Assembly: GCA_964016885.1 (NCBI GenBank)
Contig: OZ024740.1
Location: 364,498,001 to 364,562,000, forward strand
Length of the DNA: 64,000 bases
Reading direction: 5' to 3'
DNA from: Eledone cirrhosa
Taxonomy: Eukaryota
Of this stretch, positions 63,541 through 64,000 are shown one piece after another (within the stretch, counting starts at the first letter, position 1; each line of letters starts with the position of its first letter). The notes under the pieces are model-generated. The model did not search any database, was not told where the DNA came from, and worked only from the letters and a program-made list of their open reading frames with translations. Both the position numbers and the translations under genes were made by a program.

Positions 63541-64000
63541 GGAATATCTATACATAATATAAAAAAAGAAATGTTGGTTTGTTCCTTCGCGCTCAATCAC
63601 ACAAGTGATAGAACCATACACACAGCTGTGATGAATCTTAGAACACTGGATCTCTATAGTTTCTCAACCTGCTCCTTCCCCAATCATTCCATAGATGTGT
63701 CTGGATGTAATAATAATTTTTTCCTGTGTGTCTGTTTATATATATCTATGTGTAGATGCGTGTGTGTTTTTAATTTTATTGTCTATGTATCTTTCTAATT
63801 AAACATGCAAACACATATACAAATATTGTAAATAAATATAATTTACATATACACACACAAACACTCACATAATCATAACAGCCAATGTGTGTGGCCAATT
63901 CGCTATACATATACACATAGGTGTAGTGAATGTTAGATGCTGCTTAGACACCCCTTCCTTCCTCAGTCGATGTAATCAGCCCTTCTTTCCTCAGTTATCT

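Overview
AT-rich, microsatellite-saturated eukaryotic non-genic or intronic DNA. The repeat content ((TA)n/(CA)n tracts, tRNA-headed SINEs, RTE LINEs with (GAT)n tails) suggests a cephalopod, probably an octopus; this is inference. I could not identify any host protein-coding gene, and most listed ORFs are microsatellite or antisense artefacts. The window is largely layered transposons: several RTE-clade LINE families (one young, with an open RT frame and an embedded PHD finger), a Tx1/L1-clade LINE plus a second 3' fragment inside a (TATC)n tract, a Penelope-like RT element, a CRE-like remnant, an apparently intact DD37D Tc1/mariner and degenerate relatives, Helitrons (one internally deleted with STPR-like repeats and a PIF1 helicase), pogo- and hAT-type MITEs, and over 20 copies of two TTAA-ended MITE families. 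Three patterns are most worth a second look: (1) at least five unrelated minimal type I hammerhead ribozyme families, often in fold-back inverted duplications that break inside or next to ribozyme stem II; (2) an RTE-type family whose copies show 5' inversions, two apparently at the same breakpoint; (3) tandem Tx1-like insertions into a GATA repeat.
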